DNA from: Candidatus Cloacimonadota bacterium
GTDB lineage: Bacteria; Cloacimonadota; Cloacimonadia; Cloacimonadales; WRIO01
DNA length: 19,504 bases
Assembly (NCBI GenBank): GCA_029564175.1
Contig: JAKQQL010000013.1
Location: forward strand, 1 to 19,504
Reading direction: 5' to 3'
Part shown: positions 1-8,424 of the stretch, piece after piece
Position numbering within the stretch: the first letter of the stretch is position 1
How the letters are laid out: every line of letters begins with the position of its first letter
Translations under genes and position numbers: made by a program
The notes under the pieces: model-generated
The model's database searches: none
Told to the model about the DNA's origin: nothing
The model's input: only the letters and a program-made list of their open reading frames with translations

Positions 1-125
1 AAAATTGAATTTCAAATATTCAGTATTCCCCAAGCTCATGTAATCAGTTATCTTTTTATTTGATTATCTGATATTAACTTAAGGCGATTGAGTTTTTCAC
101 AACTATGATTCTGTAAAGAGAACTT

Positions 126-141
126 AATCTTTTAAAAGATT
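126..141. repeat. Perfect 16-bp palindrome AATCTTTTAAAAGATT abutting the last stop codon of the cas cluster; possible weak terminator hairpin or protein-binding site
   Basis: Positions 126-141 are self-reverse-complementary and overlap the TAA at 141-143. The sequence is very AT-rich and has no clear U-tract, so function is uncertain. Confidence 0.3.
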
Positions 142-2045
142 TAATCAGCAATGTAAGGTTTCAGAGTCGCTTTAACTCTTTTATTTTTAAAAGAAACAAA
201 TTCATTTGTTCCGTCCAAAGTTGGATATCTGACTTCATAAGGAGCATTCACATCTAAATTTGACATTGCAATCAAGTGTTTGATTGAAGATATCTTATCA
301 AAATCATTTCCAAATTGCATTTTAACAAGCTCTTTAAATTGATTTATGTATTGTTCAGAGTGATCTTGATTGTTTTTTATTTCCACTTTAACAATACCAA
401 GTCCTAAGGGTTTTGCCATGCCAATTTTATGTTTACAATTCTTTTGATTGCCAAAAGTCAAACTCCAAAGCAGAGCTCCCAATTCAAAAGGAAGTAAATT
501 ATGATATCTAATTTTCCCATTAAAAACTGTATTTTTTGGTAATGGTTTAAAAAGAGTTGCAATTTTATCGTTATTATTAGGGATAGCAGGTAAATCTTTT
601 TTTACAAACTCTTTCTTTTCAACAGGATATCTTTTTCGCCCTCTGAGCTTTACTTTATCCATATATGTACTGTAATTATCAAAATTTTTTGCCTGACATA
701 AGTAATTTGGATAATAAGTCGGTTTTGGGCTACCTAGCACAGTCTTACATACACCAATTTGTTCATTTGCGACTGAAACTGCTTTTAAATGACCAAATTG
801 AACTCTGCCTTTTAATCCTTTTTCATCATGAATATAGCCAAAAAGTGCTTCAGTCATATCAATTTTATCTTTATTAAGGTGGTCTTTCCCTGATACAGCT
901 ATCATATCATGAATCGTATTATCATAGGGAAGGCGATACATCATTGCAAGCCCAATTGAGTGAAGACTATTTCCTTGTGGATTTAGAAGATAGAATACAG
1001 GGACTCTTTCACCTTTTTCAAATTTTTGTTTCCAATACTTCCATTCATCATTGGGTATTCCTTTGTCATCAGAATGAATAAAATCAAAATCTTTAAATAG
1101 AATATCAGGTACATCGAGTCGCGTATGTTTTTCATCAAAGAAGATGAAATCCATATGTTTTTTATGCCTGTCTCCATAACGAAATGAGCTGGGTTGTCCG
1201 GTAAATACAATAGTACCCTTATAACTGCCTCTATTTAAATCTTTTGCTTTTTTATAACGCATTTTTAAATTTACTGGTCTATATTGGTGAGTTCTGCAGC
1301 TTGAGCAATCGTGAATATGATCTTTTTCTTCAAAGTTAAAAGTGATAGACAATGGAAGGGTCCATTTTCTATATTTATCAACTGATCTTTGCTTTTCATT
1401 TAAAGACTGACGAGAAATTTTTACCAAATCATCTATTTCCACACGAGCATATTCGCATGGTATAATTTTTATCTGCCCATCTTCTTGAATCAACCATCCT
1501 GATTTTGAGCTTGCGATTACAACATTATTAACTTTTTTTGTTAACTTTGAAGTATAAACTGGATTATACAAATCTCTGATAGAATATCTGTTGTTATCAA
1601 CCAGATTTGCATTCATCTTGCTAAAAGTTGCAACTTCAAAAACACTTCTAATCATTCCTTTCATAGAAGTTCCCGGGATGTAAAATTCTCCATTTTGTAT
1701 TTGGAAAAACTCATTCATTTTTGAATTGGGATTTGTTCTGTCATTATCATTCCAGCTACCGCCATTCCTTACATAAGCCGGAGATTCTGTTGTCAGAGTA
1801 ATATCTATTTCTCCAGACAAACCATTTTTAAAAGGGACATCGTGAGAAATCTTTTCAGATAATTTTCTTTTTATACCCATTTTTTCAGAAATATCATCCA
1901 TAAAAATGACTTTATCATGAAGCGGAACAAAATTATATGGTGATGGGATAATCGTATTTTCATTCTGATTGTCTCTGTTATAATTATTATTGTGTTGATT
2001 ATTAAAGTTTCTTCTATTATTGTAATTATTGTCATTTCTCATCAT
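141..2045 (-). CDS. cas7: Type III-D CRISPR-associated RAMP, Cas7 with large insertion (TIGR03986-like), about 634 aa
   Basis: Motifs SPYNFVPL, SHDVPF, LSGEIDITLTTESPAYVR, YIPGTSMKGMIRSVFE, LFGYI..KGRVQFG, LGSPKPTYYPNYL, LRGRKRY, FNGKIRYHNL..ELGALLWSL and the Gly-rich loop HKIGMAKPLGLG. Start moved from 2087 to the ATG at 2045 because the SD AAGGAG lies at 2053-2058. Confidence 0.92.
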   Translation of the reverse strand: MMRNDNNYNNRRNFNNQHNNNYNRDNQNENTIIPSPYNFVPLHDKVIFMDDISEKMGIKRKLSEKISHDVPFKNGLSGEIDITLTTESPAYVRNGGSWNDNDRTNPNSKMNEFFQIQNGEFYIPGTSMKGMIRSVFEVATFSKMNANLVDNNRYSIRDLYNPVYTSKLTKKVNNVVIASSKSGWLIQEDGQIKIIPCEYARVEIDDLVKISRQSLNEKQRSVDKYRKWTLPLSITFNFEEKDHIHDCSSCRTHQYRPVNLKMRYKKAKDLNRGSYKGTIVFTGQPSSFRYGDRHKKHMDFIFFDEKHTRLDVPDILFKDFDFIHSDDKGIPNDEWKYWKQKFEKGERVPVFYLLNPQGNSLHSIGLAMMYRLPYDNTIHDMIAVSGKDHLNKDKIDMTEALFGYIHDEKGLKGRVQFGHLKAVSVANEQIGVCKTVLGSPKPTYYPNYLCQAKNFDNYSTYMDKVKLRGRKRYPVEKKEFVKKDLPAIPNNNDKIATLFKPLPKNTVFNGKIRYHNLLPFELGALLWSLTFGNQKNCKHKIGMAKPLGLGIVKVEIKNNQDHSEQYINQFKELVKMQFGNDFDKISSIKHLIAMSNLDVNAPYEVRYPTLDGTNEFVSFKNKRVKATLKPYIAD

Positions 2046-2478
2046 TTTTAGGCTCCTTATCAGCACTATCAAATCCTGTGAACGCAATCCATTTGAGTTT
2101 TTTAACTTTCATATTGCTACAAAGCACATCTTGTTCAGGCAGCCAGTATTCAATAAATTTTAAATACTTATATGCTGGATCCTGCTTGCTAATTTCACGG
2201 TTTGCAATATATTTTTTATTGAAGATATATTCCTGATTAATCTGATTCAAATCAAATATCGTAATATAATCAGAACCGTCAATATGTTTTATACTGACAC
2301 TTATTTGTTTTTCTGCATTATAGAGATAGGCTTCCACAATGAATCCTCTGTCTTTTAAAATATCCATTGAAAATTCGTCTAAAACAGGTTTTTCACTGTT
2401 ATCAAGCCACACATATCCCTGATACTTTAGTTTCGGGATGTCGTTCAAATGTTGAGTAGTCGTAACAATACTATTCAT
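2032..2478 (-). CDS. csx19: Type III-D subunit Csx19 (TIGR04423-like), about 148 aa
   Basis: Motifs YQGYVWLDNSEKP, FIVEAYLY, SVSIKHIDG and LKFIEYW..D.LC.NM.V.KL..IAFTGF. It sits in the canonical position between cas7-cas7 and cas7-insertion. Start reassigned to ATG 2478, with SD GGAGGT at 2484-2489. Confidence 0.85.
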   Translation of the reverse strand: MNSIVTTTQHLNDIPKLKYQGYVWLDNSEKPVLDEFSMDILKDRGFIVEAYLYNAEKQISVSIKHIDGSDYITIFDLNQINQEYIFNKKYIANREISKQDPAYKYLKFIEYWLPEQDVLCSNMKVKKLKWIAFTGFDSADKEPKNDEK

Positions 2479-3841
2479 GAGAGACCTCCATTTTGCCGGT
2501 AAAACACCCATGTCCACGCATGGTTCCTCCACCTAAAGGCAATTGCCCTTTTATAATATCATCCAGAGCAGATTCAAAGGATTGAATGATATTCTGGGTA
2601 ATCGCTTCGTGTTCTGTATTCAGTAAGAATTCCAATACGATCTCGTTTTTCTGGGTGATGACCTTTTCGTCAAAGAGAGCTCCTGATAAAGCGCCACCGG
2701 TGAATCTGTCAATTGCTACATGATTCAGAATTTTTTCGGTATTTGCGTTTTGAATGAAGACATCAGAGATAATCACATGGCCTCTTTGACCATCGATATT
2801 ATATTTAGAATTTTTGGCACAGCCAAACAAGGTTTTCACAGCATCATTATTTTCTCCTGTAAAATCGCTGATTTTGTCCACTTCGTCAGCAAAAACTCCG
2901 TTAATCTTATTATAATGGTATGCCACCCGATGAGAAATTGCCCCTTTAACTGAAGTTGCCGGAATGAGAATTTTCTTTTTATCAAAACCTGGCTTATTCT
3001 TATCATCCCATTTAATAATATCTTCATAAACAGGGGTCATATCCACTTCTTCATCACCCAGTCCTGAACCAAACAGCCAGGTATTTTCTGGTTTTAATGT
3101 AAGTGTATATTTTTTCCATTGACCTGTATCTTTCGATTCTGGCTGATAAGGCTTATCATAAATAGTCATATCATTGACTGAAGCAGTTTTATTCAGGTAA
3201 AGTTCAAAATCATGATTTAAATCAAGCACTTTGCTTCTGACTTCTACGACTTTTAATTTTCCAAAGCCTTTTCTGGTACCGCCACCTATTCTGAAATCCG
3301 GACGGGATATCTGTTCAATCATTTTCCCCCAGTTATCTTTATCTTGCATTGTGCCGGCAAGCTCAAGCTCAAATCTAAAGCGGGTGCCTTTATAAATCAC
3401 CTGCTCATCAAATTTCCCATGATTTTCTTTATCTGCAACACCCTGATGATTGATTTTAGCATGCTGTCTCAATGGTAAAGCCTTAAATCTGCTAAAAAAT
3501 TCTTCGTGCCATTTAATTCGGTTAAATCCTTCAATTGCTTTATTGCCTTCAATAGTAAAAAAGCCATTTGAAACAATTAATCTGGAGCCGGCACCGTCAT
3601 CTGATTTATCATTCTGGTAACCGAAAATGCTATTAACCTCATCAGTACAAACACCAGAATTAAGCAAGCTATGCCTTAAAACACCGCATAGACTGGTACC
3701 TAAAATTAATGGGAGTCCGTTACTGTCAGTCATTATCAAAGCATCCGTCAATAATCCTGCGTCTCCTGAGCCGATTTTTAGCGGGGTCTCGGCTTCCACT
3801 AAGAAATTGGCAAGATATCTGATATTAAGTGCTGATGTCAT
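2471..3841 (-). CDS. cas7: Type III-D Cas7-Cas7 fusion RAMP, 456 aa
   Basis: Two RAMP units. First: ETPLKIGSG..TD, LGTSLCGVLRH, IFGYQ, GSRL, RIGGGTRKGFG. Second: WLFGSG..VD, IPATSVKGAISHR, LFGC, RGHVIISD, NHVAIDRFTGG, LPLGGGTMRGHG. ATGA overlap with the upstream gene. Confidence 0.92.
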   Translation of the reverse strand: MTSALNIRYLANFLVEAETPLKIGSGDAGLLTDALIMTDSNGLPLILGTSLCGVLRHSLLNSGVCTDEVNSIFGYQNDKSDDGAGSRLIVSNGFFTIEGNKAIEGFNRIKWHEEFFSRFKALPLRQHAKINHQGVADKENHGKFDEQVIYKGTRFRFELELAGTMQDKDNWGKMIEQISRPDFRIGGGTRKGFGKLKVVEVRSKVLDLNHDFELYLNKTASVNDMTIYDKPYQPESKDTGQWKKYTLTLKPENTWLFGSGLGDEEVDMTPVYEDIIKWDDKNKPGFDKKKILIPATSVKGAISHRVAYHYNKINGVFADEVDKISDFTGENNDAVKTLFGCAKNSKYNIDGQRGHVIISDVFIQNANTEKILNHVAIDRFTGGALSGALFDEKVITQKNEIVLEFLLNTEHEAITQNIIQSFESALDDIIKGQLPLGGGTMRGHGCFTGKMEVSHE

Positions 3842-5313
3842 TTACTTCCTCCCTGTTTTCTCTTTGCCATTTCAGAACAAACATTGATTAAAAATGGTAT
3901 TAATTTATTTTCGTTTACATGAGATAGTTCTGTTTTAAAATGTTCTTTCAGCTTCTCCCAGTGTTTTAATGATTTACCATGATCCAGAAAACCTTTATCT
4001 TTTTCAAAGAGTCGATTCATGAGGTCAGAATTGTTTTTTGCCTGTAAAGCCAGATTTCTGATCTGTCCCCATTGGCTGGCAGTAATTTCTCGGTACTTTC
4101 TTTCAAAATCGTTAGCAAACTTTAATGCCTCCTTATAGATTGACATTTCAGAGTCAGCTTGATTCTTAAGTCCTTTTATGCATTCCAGGATTAAAATGTC
4201 ATCGTGCCCATTATTCTTCATCTTCTGAATAAATGCAGAATTTTCATTCTGACGATTTATCTCAAAATTTAGATAAAAGTCATCTTTCACCTGACATAGG
4301 AAATCAGGATTAATCAAAACATTCCCAAAACCTTCATTCTTAAACAGCCCCAGTCCTGCCTTTACTTTTTGACTGTAATCTGCCAGATCAAAGCCATCAG
4401 GCAGATTAGTAATCGCCAGCACTGAACCCTTGTTAATACAGATTCTGTCATAATCACGATTTTTTCGTTTAGCATTGTATGGTGCATAGACAAAAGTACC
4501 TATCTGAGATTTTGACCAGTCAATCTGACAAGTATCTGGCAACATTAAATCCTTTACATCAGGCTGTAATGTAAACTGATAATTTTCATCCATAAAACTG
4601 GCATTGGAATCAAAGTATATCATTATCATTTGGCCTTTGTTTAAGTAGTTTTGATTCGATCTGTGAATCTCAGAATAATCTTTCAATACCTCAATCTTCA
4701 CCCTGCCATACTGAGAGGATTTAGAACGCCCAACACTTCTTTCTCCTAACAATTGGAAGTCTATTTCTTTAAAATCTTCTGGCTCAGCATCTATATAAAA
4801 AATCCAGTTCGTACCTGCATTAAGTGCATCATAACCATACATTTCCTGATCTTTAGATTTTCTGGTATTGATATCATAAGCAGATTTTAAAGAGAATGTA
4901 TGGTTTAAGCTCTGATCCGTTATGATATTGTTTTTATTTACAAAATAACCATCTCTGATTTGCTTTAACTGAATCCCTTTTTTAGAGAACTCTTTAAAGT
5001 TATCAGGACTTAACTCGTGATGCAGATAAATCGGGCATTTGTCTTTTTTAATTTTAGGTTGAAACCAGCTAAGTGGTTTTTTACAGCTTCTCTTTTTATC
5101 TATGACAAGATGGGCATCACCAAAGTGAACCTTTCCTGAATGAAAGAGATGGTAAGCCATTTCTTTGCTATATTTATCATAATTTCTGGCAACGATTCCT
5201 AAGAAATTACTACCCGGAATATAATTGAGTGATTTAGTAACCCCTTCTGTTGCGGAAGTATTATTCAAAACAATATCCGAAAGCAGGGTACATTGATAGT
5301 ATCTTCTTTCCAT
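3838..5313 (-). CDS. csx10: Type III-D Csx10-like Cas5-family RAMP fused to a C-terminal Cas11 (small subunit)-like helical domain, 491 aa
   Basis: Motifs CTLLSDIVL, SLNYIPGSNFLG, VHFGDA, SVGRSKSSQYGRV, KGSV and GLGLFKNEGFGNV. The C-terminal helical region ITASQWGQIRNLA..FLDHGKS..W resembles Cas11/Csm2. TAATG coupling with SD GGAGG at 5318-5322. Confidence 0.82.
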   Translation of the reverse strand: MERRYYQCTLLSDIVLNNTSATEGVTKSLNYIPGSNFLGIVARNYDKYSKEMAYHLFHSGKVHFGDAHLVIDKKRSCKKPLSWFQPKIKKDKCPIYLHHELSPDNFKEFSKKGIQLKQIRDGYFVNKNNIITDQSLNHTFSLKSAYDINTRKSKDQEMYGYDALNAGTNWIFYIDAEPEDFKEIDFQLLGERSVGRSKSSQYGRVKIEVLKDYSEIHRSNQNYLNKGQMIMIYFDSNASFMDENYQFTLQPDVKDLMLPDTCQIDWSKSQIGTFVYAPYNAKRKNRDYDRICINKGSVLAITNLPDGFDLADYSQKVKAGLGLFKNEGFGNVLINPDFLCQVKDDFYLNFEINRQNENSAFIQKMKNNGHDDILILECIKGLKNQADSEMSIYKEALKFANDFERKYREITASQWGQIRNLALQAKNNSDLMNRLFEKDKGFLDHGKSLKHWEKLKEHFKTELSHVNENKLIPFLINVCSEMAKRKQGGSK

Positions 5314-5897
5314 TATTCCTCCACTTCACTGATTACACAGGCACCTAAACCCCGATTACGATTAGTACCCATTCTCTTAATATATTTTGCACATTTAATC
5401 AGAAAGGCTTTATATTCATCTTTTACATCTGTTACTTTCCCATATAAAACAAGTGGAACTGTTACTTCAACTTTTCTTAAACTTCTTTCAGCAGCAATCC
5501 CATTTTTATCTATCTTTGTCGAAGTAATTTTCCGATAAAGGAATGGTGTCAGTAAGTCTTTATCATTAGCACTTTTGGTAAATTCCATTTGCAAATATTC
5601 AGATAAAACAACATTCGAGAAATGGCTCAGACTGCGTTGAGCGTTATTCTTATCATTTTTCTCTGCCCCTTTACCAAAAACTTCTAAGATGAAATGATCC
5701 CATTTATTTTTGTCTGTTTCATAATGTGCAATCTGCTCAGCAGCTTCCCTGAAAAGCCCTTTAATGGTTTTACCGGGAATAAACGGCAATTGATTAGTAT
5801 CTTTTATCACCAAAGCATCCACATCAGCACCTGAAGTCAACCCTGAACCACAATGCCAATCCGTCAGGAAACGGATTTGATACATAAAATCAGACAT
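5313..5897 (-). CDS. csm3: Cas7 (Csm3-like) RAMP backbone RNase, 194 aa
   Basis: Motifs FLTDWHCGSG..ADVDALVIKD (candidate catalytic Asp present), LPFIPGKTIKGLFREA, VFG, RSLRKVE and MGTNRNRGLG. TAATG coupling to cas10. Confidence 0.92.
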   Translation of the reverse strand: MSDFMYQIRFLTDWHCGSGLTSGADVDALVIKDTNQLPFIPGKTIKGLFREAAEQIAHYETDKNKWDHFILEVFGKGAEKNDKNNAQRSLSHFSNVVLSEYLQMEFTKSANDKDLLTPFLYRKITSTKIDKNGIAAERSLRKVEVTVPLVLYGKVTDVKDEYKAFLIKCAKYIKRMGTNRNRGLGACVISEVEE

Positions 5898-7342
5898 TAG
5901 TTTCCTCCCTTTTCCAAAGAAATAATTGAAAGTAAATCATAGACAGGTGTGTTACTGTCTGTTTTAAGCCGGCTTAATATTGGTTTTGATTTACTCTCTG
6001 TCAGTTGTTCAATTCTTTTCCATAAGAGCTCAGCACTACCTTTATCAAAATGTAACTCACTTAACCATTTTCTCAAGCCGGACAGAGGGAACTTTTCATT
6101 TTTTATCATCTCGCGTTTAGTCTCCAGTAAATCATCTATGGTCCATGAAGTACCTGTTTGATTCAGATAATAAGGACCAAAACAGAAGTTCATTTTTGAA
6201 GCCTGAGCATACAATTCTCTGCTCTTGATTTCCTGATAGGATTCAACAAAACCGGATTGAACTTTATGGAACATCACTGATGAAGGTGCATTTTCTTCAT
6301 CGAAGCCTTTTGATTTTTCTTTCGCATATGCACAAAGGTTTTCTGCCAGGTCTATTGCATAATGGAAGGGGTATTTTTCTTTAATAAAGGCAATGCCGGC
6401 ACAAGCTGTTATTTTTTGACCAACAATACTCTCACTGTTCTTCTCAAACTCATCCAGATAAGTTTTGATAAAAGGTAAAGCCAGATCAGCCCGGCAGATG
6501 ACAGTCAGGTCATCTCCACCGATAATCACCGGACGAAGCGGATATAGCGTATTATTGTTTAACTTATAATTTGCTTTAAAATCAGGTGAAATTTCTTTAT
6601 CAAAAGCATTTTTTGCTGAAAGACAAGTCGCTTCATTGAGATTTTTAGAAAAAGTTTTGTACAAATCAATAACCGATTCATTTCCGGATAAGGATTGAAT
6701 AGTTTTACCCAGATTGTTGCCATCCGCATGAATCACTGCCAGCCAGGAAGAATTTTTAGTATTGATAATGTCGGAAAACTCTTTTGGAAACAGGTTTTCA
6801 TTCGCTGATTCTGTATTGTTCATCTTGTTTGCCAGATTATTCATTTTAGAATTCTTACATTTTTTGATTCTGGATAAGTCAAATGGTTTCTTTTCACCAT
6901 TGCTTTCGTACTCATATCCTGACGCTGACAATCCGGACTTTCTGTCTCTTTCTATTCCCAACGCCGAATGAATTGCTGGTTTGGCAGGGATATTTCGTTG
7001 AGTTTTTAATTGCTGTTCTAACTTGTCAAAATGACCTTTTTCAATTTGACCTTCCACTTCAACAACTGCCTGGCTGACTGTTATCCCGGGAGCAAGCTGT
7101 TGAACATACATAGGGAAATTCTCAACCAAATCAGCCATATCATCCTGACTTTGAAATTTCAGTTTGATATTGCCTGCAGCTGAGACAATGATTTCATAAG
7201 GTTTTTGCTCTAAATACTTTTTAAAAGCATTTGTACAGATTTTTTCTACAATCTCACTAGCACCCACAATTTCTTTTAGCGCATTTGTAGAAAAAATGTA
7301 GGATTGAATGCCTTGAATGGCAGCTCCGTACAGATATTCCAT
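5897..7342 (-). CDS. cas10: Cas10, compact type III-D large subunit with cyclase Palm domain and no HD nuclease domain, 481 aa
   Basis: The protein begins directly at Palm-1 (QGIQSYIFSTNALKEIVGASEIV, SAAGNI). Palm-2 has LAVIHADGNNLGK, LRPVIIGGDDLTVIC (GGDD at 6509-6520) and ITACAGIA..YPFHYAIDLAENLCAYAK. Strong SD AAGGAGGT. Confidence 0.95.
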   Translation of the reverse strand: MEYLYGAAIQGIQSYIFSTNALKEIVGASEIVEKICTNAFKKYLEQKPYEIIVSAAGNIKLKFQSQDDMADLVENFPMYVQQLAPGITVSQAVVEVEGQIEKGHFDKLEQQLKTQRNIPAKPAIHSALGIERDRKSGLSASGYEYESNGEKKPFDLSRIKKCKNSKMNNLANKMNNTESANENLFPKEFSDIINTKNSSWLAVIHADGNNLGKTIQSLSGNESVIDLYKTFSKNLNEATCLSAKNAFDKEISPDFKANYKLNNNTLYPLRPVIIGGDDLTVICRADLALPFIKTYLDEFEKNSESIVGQKITACAGIAFIKEKYPFHYAIDLAENLCAYAKEKSKGFDEENAPSSVMFHKVQSGFVESYQEIKSRELYAQASKMNFCFGPYYLNQTGTSWTIDDLLETKREMIKNEKFPLSGLRKWLSELHFDKGSAELLWKRIEQLTESKSKPILSRLKTDSNTPVYDLLSIISLEKGGN

Positions 7343-7345
7343 AAG

Positions 7346-7353
7346 ACCTCCTT
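7346..7353 (-). promoter_or_regulatory. Shine-Dalgarno sequence (AAGGAGGT) of cas10
   Basis: The plus-strand sequence acctcctt at 7346-7353 lies just upstream of the cas10 ATG (7342), within the 25-nt csx20-cas10 spacer. Confidence 0.8.
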
Positions 7354-7367
7354 TAATACTGATTGTC

Positions 7368-7745
7368 TTAATATTTTCTAAAAATTACATGTTTAAAAAC
7401 ACTGGTCTTAACGACCTGACTTGATTCGTCCTGTTTTTCAACAGATACTCGTTTTGTCGTCGAATAAACAGGGATTCTGCAATGTTGTTTTGCCCATAAC
7501 ACCAAATGAAATGTCATGAAATAGTCTCCCTGAATCATAAGATAATCCCCTGGCTCAGAGACTTCATCTAACCATCCGGTAAAAGGAAGAATGTCCGGCT
7601 GATCAATATCAGCCGGTATGTTTGACCATTTCATTTTCAATTCATCAGGCATTTCCAGCACATTTTCTATACCAAGTGATTTGATAGCATCCAGAGTTTG
7701 CTCTTCTGTCAGCCGATGCGAAAATAGTAAGATTAGATTTGGCAT
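7368..7745 (-). CDS. csx20: CRISPR-associated Csx20-family protein (Rossmann/CARF-like, putative cyclic oligoadenylate ring nuclease), about 125 aa
   Basis: Family signature LFSHRLTEEQ..DA..LG..MPDEL..WSNIP..GDYLMIQGD..T..LV..PVYSTTKRVSVE..KTSVFKHVIFRKY. Immediately upstream of cas10. Start reassigned to ATG 7745, 7 nt after the PIN gene stop. Confidence 0.87.
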   Translation of the reverse strand: MPNLILLFSHRLTEEQTLDAIKSLGIENVLEMPDELKMKWSNIPADIDQPDILPFTGWLDEVSEPGDYLMIQGDYFMTFHLVLWAKQHCRIPVYSTTKRVSVEKQDESSQVVKTSVFKHVIFRKY

Positions 7746-7752
7746 AAGAAAT

Positions 7753-8424
7753 TCATTGCCTCTGTTGTCTAAGAACACTTTTAACATCTGAAGCTACAAT
7801 ATTAAATGGAACTATTATTCCTGTTTCACTGGCTTGATTTTTATTGTTTGAGAAGTAGTTTACAAAATGAATCGTTGGATAATCATTTGTTACCAATACA
7901 ATTTGTTTTGTAGGCAATAACCTTGCCAATTCAAAAGTATAGGCTACGATAACAGAATCTAAACCATCTAAAACCTTGGCTTTATCGATTTGATTTTCAG
8001 TTTGTTCTACAGTAGGATTTCTTCTATTTCTAAGCCTTTTCTTTTCTGCATCAACAAAATCAAGTGGGAATTTTTTATTAGTCAGGTTTTTTGCAACACT
8101 CAGTATATTTTTATACAACATTTTTGAATCATCCGGCATTGCCACTTTTTTTTGTTTAAAATCATAGTAAAGCTTTTCATACACAGAGTATTGTTTCTGA
8201 AACCAGAAATCATAAGAGTTTAAATCAATCTTCTTTTGATACCAAACTCCTAAAAATTCAGCCCAGACAATTGATGGTATTAGTGTCTGATTACCACATC
8301 TGCTCCAAAAATCAACAGATATTTTTTGAAAAAAATCAAGTTCTTCTTTTTTATTTAATTTCAGGAAAGCCTCAGCATAGTTAACGACGACATTTGTATC
8401 AGTTAGGTAAATTTTATCTATCAT
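7753..8424 (-). CDS. PIN-domain ribonuclease (enlarged VapC-like fold), about 223 aa
   Basis: All four acidic PIN motifs are present in order: YLTDTNVVV, IPSIVWAEFLG, LDGLDSVIVAY and IVLVTNDY. Probable start ATG 8424 (GAGG at 8431-8434); alternative starts at 8430 and 8436. Confidence 0.78.
   Translation of the reverse strand: MIDKIYLTDTNVVVNYAEAFLKLNKKEELDFFQKISVDFWSRCGNQTLIPSIVWAEFLGVWYQKKIDLNSYDFWFQKQYSVYEKLYYDFKQKKVAMPDDSKMLYKNILSVAKNLTNKKFPLDFVDAEKKRLRNRRNPTVEQTENQIDKAKVLDGLDSVIVAYTFELARLLPTKQIVLVTNDYPTIHFVNYFSNNKNQASETGIIVPFNIVASDVKSVLRQQRQ

Noticed and set aside
1..39. Possible start of a next minus-strand gene (ATG at 39: MSLGNTEYLKFNF, open to the edge)
   Set aside because: Only 13 codons are visible and there is no convincing SD, so it cannot be supported from this window.
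2046..2087. Longer N-terminus (MRSQDLIVLIRSLK) for the Cas7-insertion gene; likewise the extended starts at 2532 (csx19), 7787 (csx20) and 8436 (PIN)
   Set aside because: These starts create long overlaps with upstream genes. Downstream ATGs (2045, 2478, 7745, 8424) fit SD positions or the family N-terminal motifs better.
7368..7745. Csx20 as the cOA-activated toxic effector
   Set aside because: It is a single small Rossmann-like domain with no fused nuclease or TM effector, which fits a signal-degrading ring nuclease better.
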